From positions 186,001 to 250,000 of the IMG/VR virus record IMGVR_UViG_3300005056_000001: DNA of 64,000 nt; one strand, given 5' to 3'. Made by a program: the position numbers and the translations under genes. The notes under the pieces are model-generated. The model saw only the letters and a list, made by a program, of their open reading frames with translations. It had not been told where the DNA came from and ran no database searches. Shown piece after piece: positions 41,030 through 50,090 of this stretch; the first letter of the stretch is position 1, and every line of letters begins with the position of its first letter.

Positions 41030-41137
41030 TTAATACTTGTTAATATTTTGCTTAAATTTTTTATTTTAATACCACAAAATTTGGTTTATCCATTTTTTGT
41101 GGTATTTTTGTTACTGAACAATGTAAAACACATAATC

Positions 41138-41776
41138 ATGGAAAATTTTGAAACTATTATATTTGAACACTATACCCCACAAATAAAGGTGTTTACAGAC
41201 AAAATGATAGCACGTAATGGATCAAAACATTTACGTGAAGAGCTAAAGTCGCTCAGACTACAAAAGAAAAATGCGCTTGAAACCTGTCATTATCTACATA
41301 ATGACAAAAATCCTAGTGAGCCTAGTAGTCCTGTTGCAGACTTTTTCTACACCCAACTAGGAATAAAGGCACACACATCAACCTTTATTGATGGGGACGG
41401 GATAACAATGGGTTACGGCGACATTGATTCTCATGGTTGGTTTGAATATGCTTGTTCTGCCGATATTATTAAAGAAAAATATGGCACCATGATTTGGAAC
41501 GAGGTCGATTGGTACAATATTCTACCTCACGAAAGAATAACGATACGTTTCACGTTCAATGGAGGCAAGGTCACGAATATACCCAAAACGTTCTATGAAC
41601 AGAACAAAGACTATTGGGATCGACAAATGGCCAACAAGACAATTATTATCAATCAGATTAATAAAAAACCAAATGTAACCACGTCCATGATGACACAGAC
41701 AACAACAGGTATTGAGCCCGTGTTTATGGCGAGCTACAAAAGGAGACGTAAAATCAATCCAAATGAATCAAAGTAG
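41138..41776 (+). CDS. hypothetical protein whose C-terminus is an NrdJ-derived segment
   Basis: Ends TTSMMTQTTTGIEPVFMASYKRRRKINPNESK. Confidence 0.65.
   Translation: MENFETIIFEHYTPQIKVFTDKMIARNGSKHLREELKSLRLQKKNALETCHYLHNDKNPSEPSSPVADFFYTQLGIKAHTSTFIDGDGITMGYGDIDSHGWFEYACSADIIKEKYGTMIWNEVDWYNILPHERITIRFTFNGGKVTNIPKTFYEQNKDYWDRQMANKTIIINQINKKPNVTTSMMTQTTTGIEPVFMASYKRRRKINPNESK
41677..41766 (+). repeat. 90-bp diverged copy of nrdJ 39967-40056
   Basis: Direct alignment. Confidence 0.9.
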
Positions 41777-42431
41777 CAGGATATTAATAGAGGCATTCGA
41801 AGAAATGTTTTTCGACAGTATCAAAAAGAATGAGGAACGTGTGGCTATGAATCTATTATTCAAAACATTCCAACCCATGCTTTTTGATGGAAACATAACA
41901 ATGGTAGACAATGTATTGGGTCGGCTTGATTATCTAAAGTATCCAATCAAGTTTTTGGTCGGATTTCTTAGTGCAACAAATCCGTGGAAGTCTGAATTGC
42001 CAAACAGACAAGTACTATTAAACTATACGGCACATAAAATCTATAAATCGTATGGTGCCGATAGAGTAAATACGGTCTTGAAAGACCTGCGACTTTCTTT
42101 TTTGGATGAGGTAGATTGGTTTGTTGACAAGATAGAAAAATGCATCGAAACAGAGTCCGACCATGATGACACGGACGATGTGTTGTGTTTAATATTAGAC
42201 ATGATCGAGAATGAACTGAATTATAAACGATACATCTTTATGAATAGTGTGTTGACAAAGCTCAATCTTGAACTATACAACATCGACATTTTACTTAATA
42301 TTTGGTCGCTAACGGATTTATCAAAGACTGAACTGCCCAACCACAAAATTATAACAGACTATTTAATAAAAAAAGCATACAGAGAGTTGAATTGCACAGA
42401 AGCAAAATCTCTTCTACGAGGAATCGAATAA
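41763..42431 (+). CDS. hypothetical protein with internal duplication
   Basis: KSELPN / KTELPN repeated halves. Confidence 0.65.
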   Translation: MNQSSRILIEAFEEMFFDSIKKNEERVAMNLLFKTFQPMLFDGNITMVDNVLGRLDYLKYPIKFLVGFLSATNPWKSELPNRQVLLNYTAHKIYKSYGADRVNTVLKDLRLSFLDEVDWFVDKIEKCIETESDHDDTDDVLCLILDMIENELNYKRYIFMNSVLTKLNLELYNIDILLNIWSLTDLSKTELPNHKIITDYLIKKAYRELNCTEAKSLLRGIE

Positions 42432-42442
42432 ACCAACAAAAA

Positions 42443-43168
42443 ATGAAAATGGACGACAACACAACAGAACTGCTTAATAATATTTATGACATTTTGGTAA
42501 AATATGCGGGTGCCAAAGACTGTGAACACGAAAAATATTCTTTCGCACATAGCATCGACAAGGAAGGCACCGAAGAATATCGCTTTTGTGGAGTTTTTGG
42601 GTTTGGTGGCAAGTATTGGCCACGCATAAACTTTGTCACATATTACATAGAAAATGAGACACAAAAAATAAAGGATGCCGCAGAATTGACCAATCAAAAG
42701 CTAAAGGAACTTAAGGATCAATGGTATTCGAAAATGATGAAGGTTAAGGTGTATGCCAAAACCAACGGCTGTGCAAAAATTGAAAAAACAAATATTGAGG
42801 CCACGGTTGTTGGCAAGTCTGTCATGTCGGGCGAGTCACACAAACGATTTGTGTTGGGGGGATACCTACAGGCGTCCGATGTTGGCAACACAGGAGCCGA
42901 GGTTTACTGTACCGAGGACAGTTATCTGATAGCGGTTACCAAATGTGTAAACAGGGTAATCAACAACTGTCAGCACTACAAGACGAGCCATAACAAAATA
43001 ACCAAGCCTATCGCAAAACATTTTGAGCGTATCCAATTTCAAATGCATCTGTTACACTGTGATGTCAAGGAGGAATATTCTCATCAGGTCGTAACAGGCA
43101 AAAATTCGCATTTGACAGAACGTGTGGGTTTTGAGTTGTTGGAGAATATTAATGGTAATAAAAAGTAA
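42443..43168 (+). CDS. hypothetical protein
   Basis: EYRFCGVFGFGGKYW motif. Confidence 0.7.
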   Translation: MKMDDNTTELLNNIYDILVKYAGAKDCEHEKYSFAHSIDKEGTEEYRFCGVFGFGGKYWPRINFVTYYIENETQKIKDAAELTNQKLKELKDQWYSKMMKVKVYAKTNGCAKIEKTNIEATVVGKSVMSGESHKRFVLGGYLQASDVGNTGAEVYCTEDSYLIAVTKCVNRVINNCQHYKTSHNKITKPIAKHFERIQFQMHLLHCDVKEEYSHQVVTGKNSHLTERVGFELLENINGNKK

Positions 43169-43287
43169 TTTGTTTGTTGTTTGGGAACAGCGAACGTAAA
43201 ATAAATGCCATGAAAAATAATAGGATATTCCAACCTCAACAAACAGCTCGACAAGTTAAATAACTTTAAACTAAAATTTGCCAACAT

Positions 43288-43524
43288 ATGCGGTGGTCAG
43301 AAAGGGTAATACGAAAGAAATTAGAGTCCAAAGGATTCATTGTAAAGGAGGTTTCTTTGCCTAGCAAGGGATACGAACGAGGAAAAGACGACAACGTGTT
43401 CAATGCCACAATTTCCAAGGACGGTAAGTTGTATAAGGAGGTTTACCTTGGATACAATTCAGTAAAGGGTTGTCTAACAAATATTGATTATTTTTATAAA
43501 GAATGGTTTAGTAATGAGAAATAG
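43288..43524 (+). CDS. hypothetical protein
   Basis: 78-aa ORF. Confidence 0.55.
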   Translation: MRWSERVIRKKLESKGFIVKEVSLPSKGYERGKDDNVFNATISKDGKLYKEVYLGYNSVKGCLTNIDYFYKEWFSNEK

Positions 43525-44134
43525 TAAAAGAGACATAACACCACAGGATATTAAGGATCTCAGTCAAATCAAGACCGATATGTTTTTGGCATACGACCTA
43601 CTAAAGGTCGAGTTCGAAAATGATGACAATATTCCCGAATCCATATGTGAGCTGCTATATAAGTATGGCGAAAGCCTCAAGTCATTGGCAGAGATTCATG
43701 TGCTACAATTGATGATGGAAGAGTCTGAATATGAACTAGGCGGCTACAAACTAGGCGACGGAACAGGCAAGTATGCAAAAGAATATATGTCCCTGTCGGA
43801 CAATAATGTTGTGGACATCACAAAGGGTCATATCCATAAAACACTCACGGCATATTTTTTCTTGGACAGTATTGACACAAACCACACAAAGTGGTTTATT
43901 GACCCATACGAACTCGAAAACACTCCTGTAGATAATATCAAAACCGCACATGGCGAAATAAATGGTGCCCTATGGAATCGCACCACCGATATCAAGGTCA
44001 GTGACAAACAAATAGAGCTATTGGAGCAACTAACCAAGGGTCTGTATGCCACCACCACAAATTGGTGGTTTGATATATTTAACCGTAACAATCCGAACGG
44101 TTTTGATGTTTTGATGGCCGAGTTAAAGACTTAA
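43514..44134 (+). CDS. hypothetical protein (tandem paralog B1)
   Basis: Shares YDLLK.EFENDDNI and YAKEYMSLSD.NVVDITKGHI with the next gene. Confidence 0.75.
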   Translation: MRNSKRDITPQDIKDLSQIKTDMFLAYDLLKVEFENDDNIPESICELLYKYGESLKSLAEIHVLQLMMEESEYELGGYKLGDGTGKYAKEYMSLSDNNVVDITKGHIHKTLTAYFFLDSIDTNHTKWFIDPYELENTPVDNIKTAHGEINGALWNRTTDIKVSDKQIELLEQLTKGLYATTTNWWFDIFNRNNPNGFDVLMAELKT

Positions 44135-44177
44135 CAAAAACATATTTCTCAGACATATTTCACAAGCAATTTCTAAA

Positions 44178-44810
44178 ATGAAAAACAAGAAAATAGACAT
44201 AACACAACAAGACATTAAAAATCTAAGTCGGATCAAAAAAGATTTGTTTGTGAATTACGACTTGCTTAAAACAGAATTTGAGAATGATGACAATATCTCA
44301 CAATCCATATGCGAGCGTTTGTATGGATTTGGCAAAACGCTTGGTCTATTGTCGGAGGTGCATGTGCTAAAGTTAATGTCAAAAGAGGAAGATTACAGGC
44401 TGTCTGAGTATGCAAAGGAATATATGTCCTTGTCGGACACGAATGTTGTGGACATCACAAAGGGTCATATATTCAGGGTGATAACCCTCAACATATTCTT
44501 GGGTCATATTCCTAAGAGTATGCATGATTACTTTCCTAGTCTGTACAGGTTATTAAAGTTTGACGATGCCCCAATAGAGGACATGAAAACCGCACACAAG
44601 GCAATGACCAAGTCGCTATGGAACGACAAGTGTATGACAGAAACAACCGAAAACCAAAGAGAGTTAATATTTAAACTAGAGAGTGGGCTACATGCAACAA
44701 CAATATGGAGCCTTGATATATTTAAGCGAAATAATCCACAATACATGGAGGAGTTTATTCTGAAGCGTGATAGGATTATGGCAAAACAAACCAAAACAAA
44801 AATAAAATGA
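44178..44810 (+). CDS. hypothetical protein (tandem paralog B2)
   Basis: Alignable to B1 along its length. Confidence 0.75.
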   Translation: MKNKKIDITQQDIKNLSRIKKDLFVNYDLLKTEFENDDNISQSICERLYGFGKTLGLLSEVHVLKLMSKEEDYRLSEYAKEYMSLSDTNVVDITKGHIFRVITLNIFLGHIPKSMHDYFPSLYRLLKFDDAPIEDMKTAHKAMTKSLWNDKCMTETTENQRELIFKLESGLHATTIWSLDIFKRNNPQYMEEFILKRDRIMAKQTKTKIK

Positions 44811-45151
44811 GTTATATAAGAAACACATCAAACCCTGAAGGATTGTACATTTGGTCGGGTGAATATAAAAGAGAAAGTCGGGTTGGTATAAAATGGGGAG
44901 GTCTAAATGGTACTACGGTATCCGTAACACAATCGGATTTTGATATCGTAATGAATACCATGTTATCCGAGGATTGGGAAGAGAACGCTATTGTTACCGA
45001 TAGCATGGAATTATACCCGCCACACACCAAAGGAGACAGGGAGGGTAAATACACCCTTGTGGTGGGCGGTATGTCACTAAAGATTTTTGTGGTGACATTG
45101 GAGGCTGTTCTTAGGGAGCACCAACGACAGGTTAATTGGTCGCCATCTTAG
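44807..45151 (+). CDS. hypothetical protein
   Basis: ATGA overlap with the upstream gene. Confidence 0.7.
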   Translation: MSYIRNTSNPEGLYIWSGEYKRESRVGIKWGGLNGTTVSVTQSDFDIVMNTMLSEDWEENAIVTDSMELYPPHTKGDREGKYTLVVGGMSLKIFVVTLEAVLREHQRQVNWSPS

Positions 45152-45232
45152 TATGTTTATTTTTGAAAAAACGGACATATTGTACATAATTACGTTATGT
45201 AGGCTCTTACTAAAACATCAAAAATACATACA

Positions 45233-45433
45233 ATGTTGAATGCAAAAGGAATAAAAGAATGTCTCATTGACGGGGGCAATGTAACATACGGTTTTGCTAG
45301 TCTTAAAAATGAAAGCATGGCAAGATCGGAGGCAAGCATCCGAGGGTTTAAGGAGTATCTTGGCTGTAGTCATACATACTACATCAATGGAGCCCAACAA
45401 ACGTCGGTGATTGCTGCACACTTCTTTAAGTAG
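45233..45433 (+). CDS. hypothetical protein
   Basis: 66 aa; GTACATA at 45182-45188. Confidence 0.5.
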   Translation: MLNAKGIKECLIDGGNVTYGFASLKNESMARSEASIRGFKEYLGCSHTYYINGAQQTSVIAAHFFK

Positions 45434-45443
45434 ATAAAAGTAT

Positions 45444-45884
45444 ATGAAACCAAGCAAGAACATAAAGAAAATAAAGATTACGGCCTCCTGCCATGATACC
45501 AATTGGTATCATGGCTTGGTAGGAAAGATATTGTACACAGATTTGAACCTGTCGTTTGAACTTGTGGGGCAATATCTGATTACCAATGAGGAGGGAGAAA
45601 TCAAAGAAGACTTCAAGTCTGTCCACAAGATTGATGTCGAGGTCTTGAACGAGTTTCACTACAACTGTGTTTGTTGTGGAACCGAAATAAAGACCTTGTA
45701 TGCCGAATGTTATGACGGTGCAGATCCCGAACAAAACATGTGGAACGACGGGATGGTTGGTCGCATTGACGGGCCTTATGGTAGTTCGCATGATGGTTCT
45801 AAATATATTGTGGCTATTTGCGACACGTGTATTCCAAAGCTAGTGGATGGCAACAGGCTTGAGTATCGGGGGGAATATTTTTAG
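45444..45884 (+). CDS. hypothetical protein with zinc-binding motifs
   Basis: CVCC...YGSSHDG...ICDTC. Confidence 0.7.
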   Translation: MKPSKNIKKIKITASCHDTNWYHGLVGKILYTDLNLSFELVGQYLITNEEGEIKEDFKSVHKIDVEVLNEFHYNCVCCGTEIKTLYAECYDGADPEQNMWNDGMVGRIDGPYGSSHDGSKYIVAICDTCIPKLVDGNRLEYRGEYF

Positions 45885-45893
45885 GCAGTACAA

Positions 45894-47195
45894 CTACTGC
45901 TTAAGTCCTGTTCCCTTTATATACATTGGTATCGGCGAAGATCCGTTACTGCGCTTATACACGTACTGAAGGTCAACTATATGATACTTCCCGCTTATTT
46001 CAAGTTCGACAATGCCACTCTTTGGCTCAAAGTCTTCCAAGGCATCATCGGAGCTATTCTCGTCGTCTTGGTTTCTAAGCTTGCTGTCTTTAATATTGTG
46101 CACCATCTTAAAATCTGCATTCATACCAACAAACAAATAAGGAGTATACCTGTCAAGCCTGAAATCTATTTCGGTTCCTTGGATTAGGGCATTCTTTATT
46201 TGTTTGTTTTTTGCCGCAATATATCCAAATGAAGCATGAAGATTGTCTCGATCAAACCTTCCGTTGTCTACCGTGTGTTGTCCATCAACACCCATACTAG
46301 ACTCAACCTCCTCCTCGTCTATGCTAATATCCGTGCTACTGTCGCTTGTGTTGTCTGTGTAAATTCCTGTTTTGTAGTTCCTTAAATAGCTGTCTAGGTT
46401 ACTTTTTGAACTCCATGATTCTAACGGGATACCGTCGTCTTCCTCAATTTCTTGTTCATTAGTGACCAATAACTTGAATTTTTCGACTTTTTTACCCACA
46501 GCATTGGTTTCAATATAATATTGGGTGGTGTCTGCAATTGCCTTTCCGTATTGTAAAACAGTCAGGTTTGCATAGGCATCAATGAAGATGTTATAACAGT
46601 CATTGTCAATACTTCCCCTACGTTCTATGTCCATTATTAACGACTCTAAATTTTTGTTGGTGAGCCATAAAGAATCGTCTGAAGGAGTGTCGGTTATGTT
46701 TGTTGCAAATCCGAGTCCACAAAATTCGGCAATTTCCTTGAGTGCATCAAAACTGTTTGTATTTAATCCGTACTGTATCTTTCCTGTCATCTTAGGAACA
46801 TACAATTCGGCACTAAATGTCACACTATCGCTGCCTGCACTACTCCTTTGGCTTGTGATCTTGTAATCATTCTTAATGGCAGAATTAGTGTCGTCCTGTA
46901 GAATAGAAATATAAATTGTCATCAATGAATCCCCTCGGATAAAATCGTCTGTTAATTGGAACCCACGAAGGTTAATGTCGGCATCATCAATAGTAAGCGT
47001 TACGGTAGGAATAAGACTTTCGCCAACATTCAAAACAAATGCTTTTATGTCGTCCTTTTCGAACGTAGTGTCCCCGATCCTGATTAACGGAAACATTGAA
47101 CCAATCTCAGACACATCCTTTTCGTCGCTTCCTTTGTCTTGTCGGACAACGATTTTTTGCGACTCGAGTTTATGCTTAAATTTATTTTCTATCAT
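45894..47195 (-). CDS. probable baseplate hub/tail structural protein
   Basis: 433 aa; GTACATA at 47208-47214; layout reminiscent of gp27/GPD hubs (LEISGKYHIV at the C-terminus). Confidence 0.5.
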   Translation of the reverse strand: MIENKFKHKLESQKIVVRQDKGSDEKDVSEIGSMFPLIRIGDTTFEKDDIKAFVLNVGESLIPTVTLTIDDADINLRGFQLTDDFIRGDSLMTIYISILQDDTNSAIKNDYKITSQRSSAGSDSVTFSAELYVPKMTGKIQYGLNTNSFDALKEIAEFCGLGFATNITDTPSDDSLWLTNKNLESLIMDIERRGSIDNDCYNIFIDAYANLTVLQYGKAIADTTQYYIETNAVGKKVEKFKLLVTNEQEIEEDDGIPLESWSSKSNLDSYLRNYKTGIYTDNTSDSSTDISIDEEEVESSMGVDGQHTVDNGRFDRDNLHASFGYIAAKNKQIKNALIQGTEIDFRLDRYTPYLFVGMNADFKMVHNIKDSKLRNQDDENSSDDALEDFEPKSGIVELEISGKYHIVDLQYVYKRSNGSSPIPMYIKGTGLKQ

Positions 47196-47249
47196 TGTGT
47201 TTTGTATTATGTACCTATAAGAAACGTTAAATAATTAAACGTTATTTAT

Positions 47250-47822
47250 ATGAACAAAGAACAAGAAGAGAATACACACATCCGACAACTATGCCACACA
47301 GACAACTTTGAAATGGCGATGTATATTGACCACGGAAGAGATGGCAATGTCATAGACAACCTCAGAAACGAATACTTTGATATTGTATGGCTCATGGAAC
47401 TGCCCTTAGAAAGGGTATTGTCCACGGACTTTGACAGAAGTCTTGTGAGCGAGAAGTGGATTATAAGGGATGTTATCCCACTCCTGAAAGGACTTGTAAA
47501 TCAACCAACCGAGAAAACTATTACTGTCAGTCATATTTATCAGGCCCTATACAAAAACACATGGATACACAAGTCGTGCAACATTGACGAGACCATAAAG
47601 TATTTAAAGGGCGAACCAACAAACATTGAAGATTTCCACTACAAATATATTAACATTGACCAAAGTAAGGTCACAAGCCTGCTCCTAAAAATAGACAGTA
47701 ATTGGAACAGTGTCTATATGCATATTTTAGGGCAAATGGGCGAATTGATGCCACATGTTAAATTGGCCATGGAAGGTATAGGATTCGTTTTGTATAAGGG
47801 TGAAACACTAAATAAATATTAA
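47250..47822 (+). CDS. hypothetical protein
   Basis: 190-aa ORF. Confidence 0.65.
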   Translation: MNKEQEENTHIRQLCHTDNFEMAMYIDHGRDGNVIDNLRNEYFDIVWLMELPLERVLSTDFDRSLVSEKWIIRDVIPLLKGLVNQPTEKTITVSHIYQALYKNTWIHKSCNIDETIKYLKGEPTNIEDFHYKYINIDQSKVTSLLLKIDSNWNSVYMHILGQMGELMPHVKLAMEGIGFVLYKGETLNKY

Positions 47823-48122
47823 GATACCTTATTATTTTATGAATACTTCGTTGGAATAATAACGTTATGTTTTCTGTGGATTCTAATGTCTACGAATGTA
47901 AACCTAATCGTCCGAACAAGTATTTTCACTAGGCGACTAAAAAATAGAACTATCAAGTAGATGATAGTATAAGTACATATAAAGAGTTTGTGTTGTAGAC
48001 AGTTTGCTTGGTAGTACCCAAGCAGTCATTTTGATCATACAGGGGGTACACATTCTTTTTATCATTTTTATTTTAACCTAAATATTCCGCTTTTCGCCTC
48101 CAAGAGCAGCAAATAACACAGT

Positions 48123-48908
48123 ATGAAAAGTTTAAAAAATGTTTTTTGGGTATTAACGATTCTGTTATTCCTTATTTCTTGTGGTGACGAAACCAAAAAA
48201 GAAAATGAAACGAGCGTTACCAAATTGAATGTTGAGTCTAAAATGACAGGTGGGTTGTCGGATTACTATGAAGTGGTCAATGCCTCATTAAATATTGGAT
48301 CGGGTTCGTTCGACCGCAAACTGTTGGTCGAGGTAAAACGTACTAGTAAAGAATTTGAATTTGATGGTAATGACGTGCAGCTTTGTGGTACAAGCGCAGG
48401 TAAATCTAATGAGTATTGTATCAGTGCCGATATTATGGGCGATTCGGAGTCTCCATTAGCCACCAATTTAGGCAAGTACGGAACAAAACCGTTTGAACAA
48501 TGTTTGTCTTTAAATGCCAATGAAACTATTTGGCTTGTGTTTTTTGTAGATAACAAAGACTTAATCCGCAACCCCACAAAAGCCAAGACCGTTAAATTAA
48601 TCTCTAGCTTTAAAGGAAATGTCGTGTCTAAAGTCGCATCAAATAGCCCTAATTCTACTACTACAACCACTTCTACTGCTGAGTGGGACGAAGTGTTGGA
48701 CGACTATGAAGACTATGCCAAGAGACATGCTTCTGTGCACAAAAAATCAATGGACGGCGAACCTCATGCACTAGGTGAATATATCGACCTTATGACAAAG
48801 GCCACTAGGTTTTCGGAAACGCTAGAAAGTTCATACGATGACTTAACGCCAAAGCAAATTATCAGAATGAATAAGATTCAAGTGTTGACATTGGAACCTG
48901 TTCAGTAA
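48123..48908 (+). CDS. lipoprotein, paralog of 7337-8125
   Basis: LISC lipobox; shared GKSNEYCI, TNLGKYGTKPFEQCLSLN and WDEVLD motifs. Confidence 0.8.
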   Translation: MKSLKNVFWVLTILLFLISCGDETKKENETSVTKLNVESKMTGGLSDYYEVVNASLNIGSGSFDRKLLVEVKRTSKEFEFDGNDVQLCGTSAGKSNEYCISADIMGDSESPLATNLGKYGTKPFEQCLSLNANETIWLVFFVDNKDLIRNPTKAKTVKLISSFKGNVVSKVASNSPNSTTTTTSTAEWDEVLDDYEDYAKRHASVHKKSMDGEPHALGEYIDLMTKATRFSETLESSYDDLTPKQIIRMNKIQVLTLEPVQ

Positions 48909-48931
48909 GTAAGTAAGTAATTGATTTAAAT

Positions 48932-48970
48932 AAAAAGCCGCAAACTATTAAATAGTTTGCGGCTTTTTTT
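48932..48970 (+). terminator. terminator of the second lipoprotein gene
   Basis: AAAAAGCCGCAAACTAT / ATAGTTTGCGGCTTTTT. Confidence 0.8.
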
Positions 48971-48999
48971 GTGTATACTTCTATTTGTTTGGTGTAAAG

Positions 49000-49205
49000 G
49001 GTAGGAATAAGACTTTCGCCAACATTCAAAACAAATGTTTTTATGTCGTCCTTTTCGAACGTCGTGTCCCCGATTCTGATTAACGAAAACATTAAACCAA
49101 TCTCAGACACATCCTTTTCGTCGCTTCCTTTGTCGGACAACGATTTTTTGCGCCTCAAGATTGTGCTTAAATTTATTTTCTATCATTGTGTTTTGTATTA
49201 TGTAC
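49000..49205 (-). pseudogene. frameshifted duplicate of the promoter and 5' end of 45894-47195
   Basis: Direct repeat of 47004-47214 with a 5-bp deletion. Confidence 0.85.
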
Positions 49206-49306
49206 TTGTTAAATCGAACCTTAGTAAACAAATAACGTCATAATTTTGGTTATTAGAATGGAATAGTTTACCTTTACCCTATTCTTAATTTAAAAAGCTT
49301 ATTATT

Positions 49307-50062
49307 ATGAATACTATTACAATTAAACACAGATATAAAGGTGTTGATATCTACATACATACTCAAGAAGAGAATAACGTTAAAGTTACTTTTGAGAAAG
49401 CTGTGAAAGAGGGTGTTGATTTATCGTTTGTTGATATGGAAGGTGTTAATTTGGTAGGTGTTAATTTGGCAGGTGCTAATTTGCGAGGTGCTAATTTTAA
49501 AGGTGCCAATTTACGAGCTGCTAATTTTAAAGGTGCTAATTTACGAGCTGTTAATTTACGAGCTGCTATTTTGGAAGGTGCTAATTTGCGAGCTGCTAAT
49601 TTGCGAGCTGCTAATTTGGAAGCTGTCAATTTGAAATCTGCTAATTTGAAATCTGCTAATTTTCGAGGTACCAATTTGGAAGGTGCTAACTTTAAAGGTG
49701 CTAATTTGCGATGTGCTAATTTGCAAGATGCTAATCTACAAGGCATCAAACACGATCTAGCGGTACCGAAAATAAAAAATCTACACCAAAAAATCGCTGA
49801 TAATGTCACAAAGTCCAACCTAGAAATGTCATATTGGTATAGTACCGATTGTGGAACCACGCATAGTCACGCAGGGCATATAATCCACCTAGCAGGAGAA
49901 GAAGGATATGCTTTAGAACAATCAACATCGACACCTTTAGCCGCAATACTGATTGTGAATAATTCTTCCGAAATTGAAATCCCTGTTGATATGTTTTACA
50001 TTGACAATAAAGCGGCTTTGTTGAATATCAAAGAATTGGCTCGCAAGGAAGCGGAGCTTTAG
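49307..50062 (+). CDS. pentapeptide repeat protein
   Basis: A(N/D)Lxx repeats over roughly 49430-49745. Confidence 0.92.
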   Translation: MNTITIKHRYKGVDIYIHTQEENNVKVTFEKAVKEGVDLSFVDMEGVNLVGVNLAGANLRGANFKGANLRAANFKGANLRAVNLRAAILEGANLRAANLRAANLEAVNLKSANLKSANFRGTNLEGANFKGANLRCANLQDANLQGIKHDLAVPKIKNLHQKIADNVTKSNLEMSYWYSTDCGTTHSHAGHIIHLAGEEGYALEQSTSTPLAAILIVNNSSEIEIPVDMFYIDNKAALLNIKELARKEAEL

Positions 50063-50090
50063 AATATATTACACATAACCAAAAACAATT

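Noticed and set aside
39967-41766. Diversity-generating retroelement TR/VR pair
   Set aside because: Mismatches include C/T and G/A changes not confined to template adenines, half are synonymous, and no reverse transcriptase is present in the window.
49430-49745. CRISPR-like repeat array
   Set aside because: These are 15-bp coding pentapeptide repeats with no unique spacers; no CRISPR array was seen in the window.
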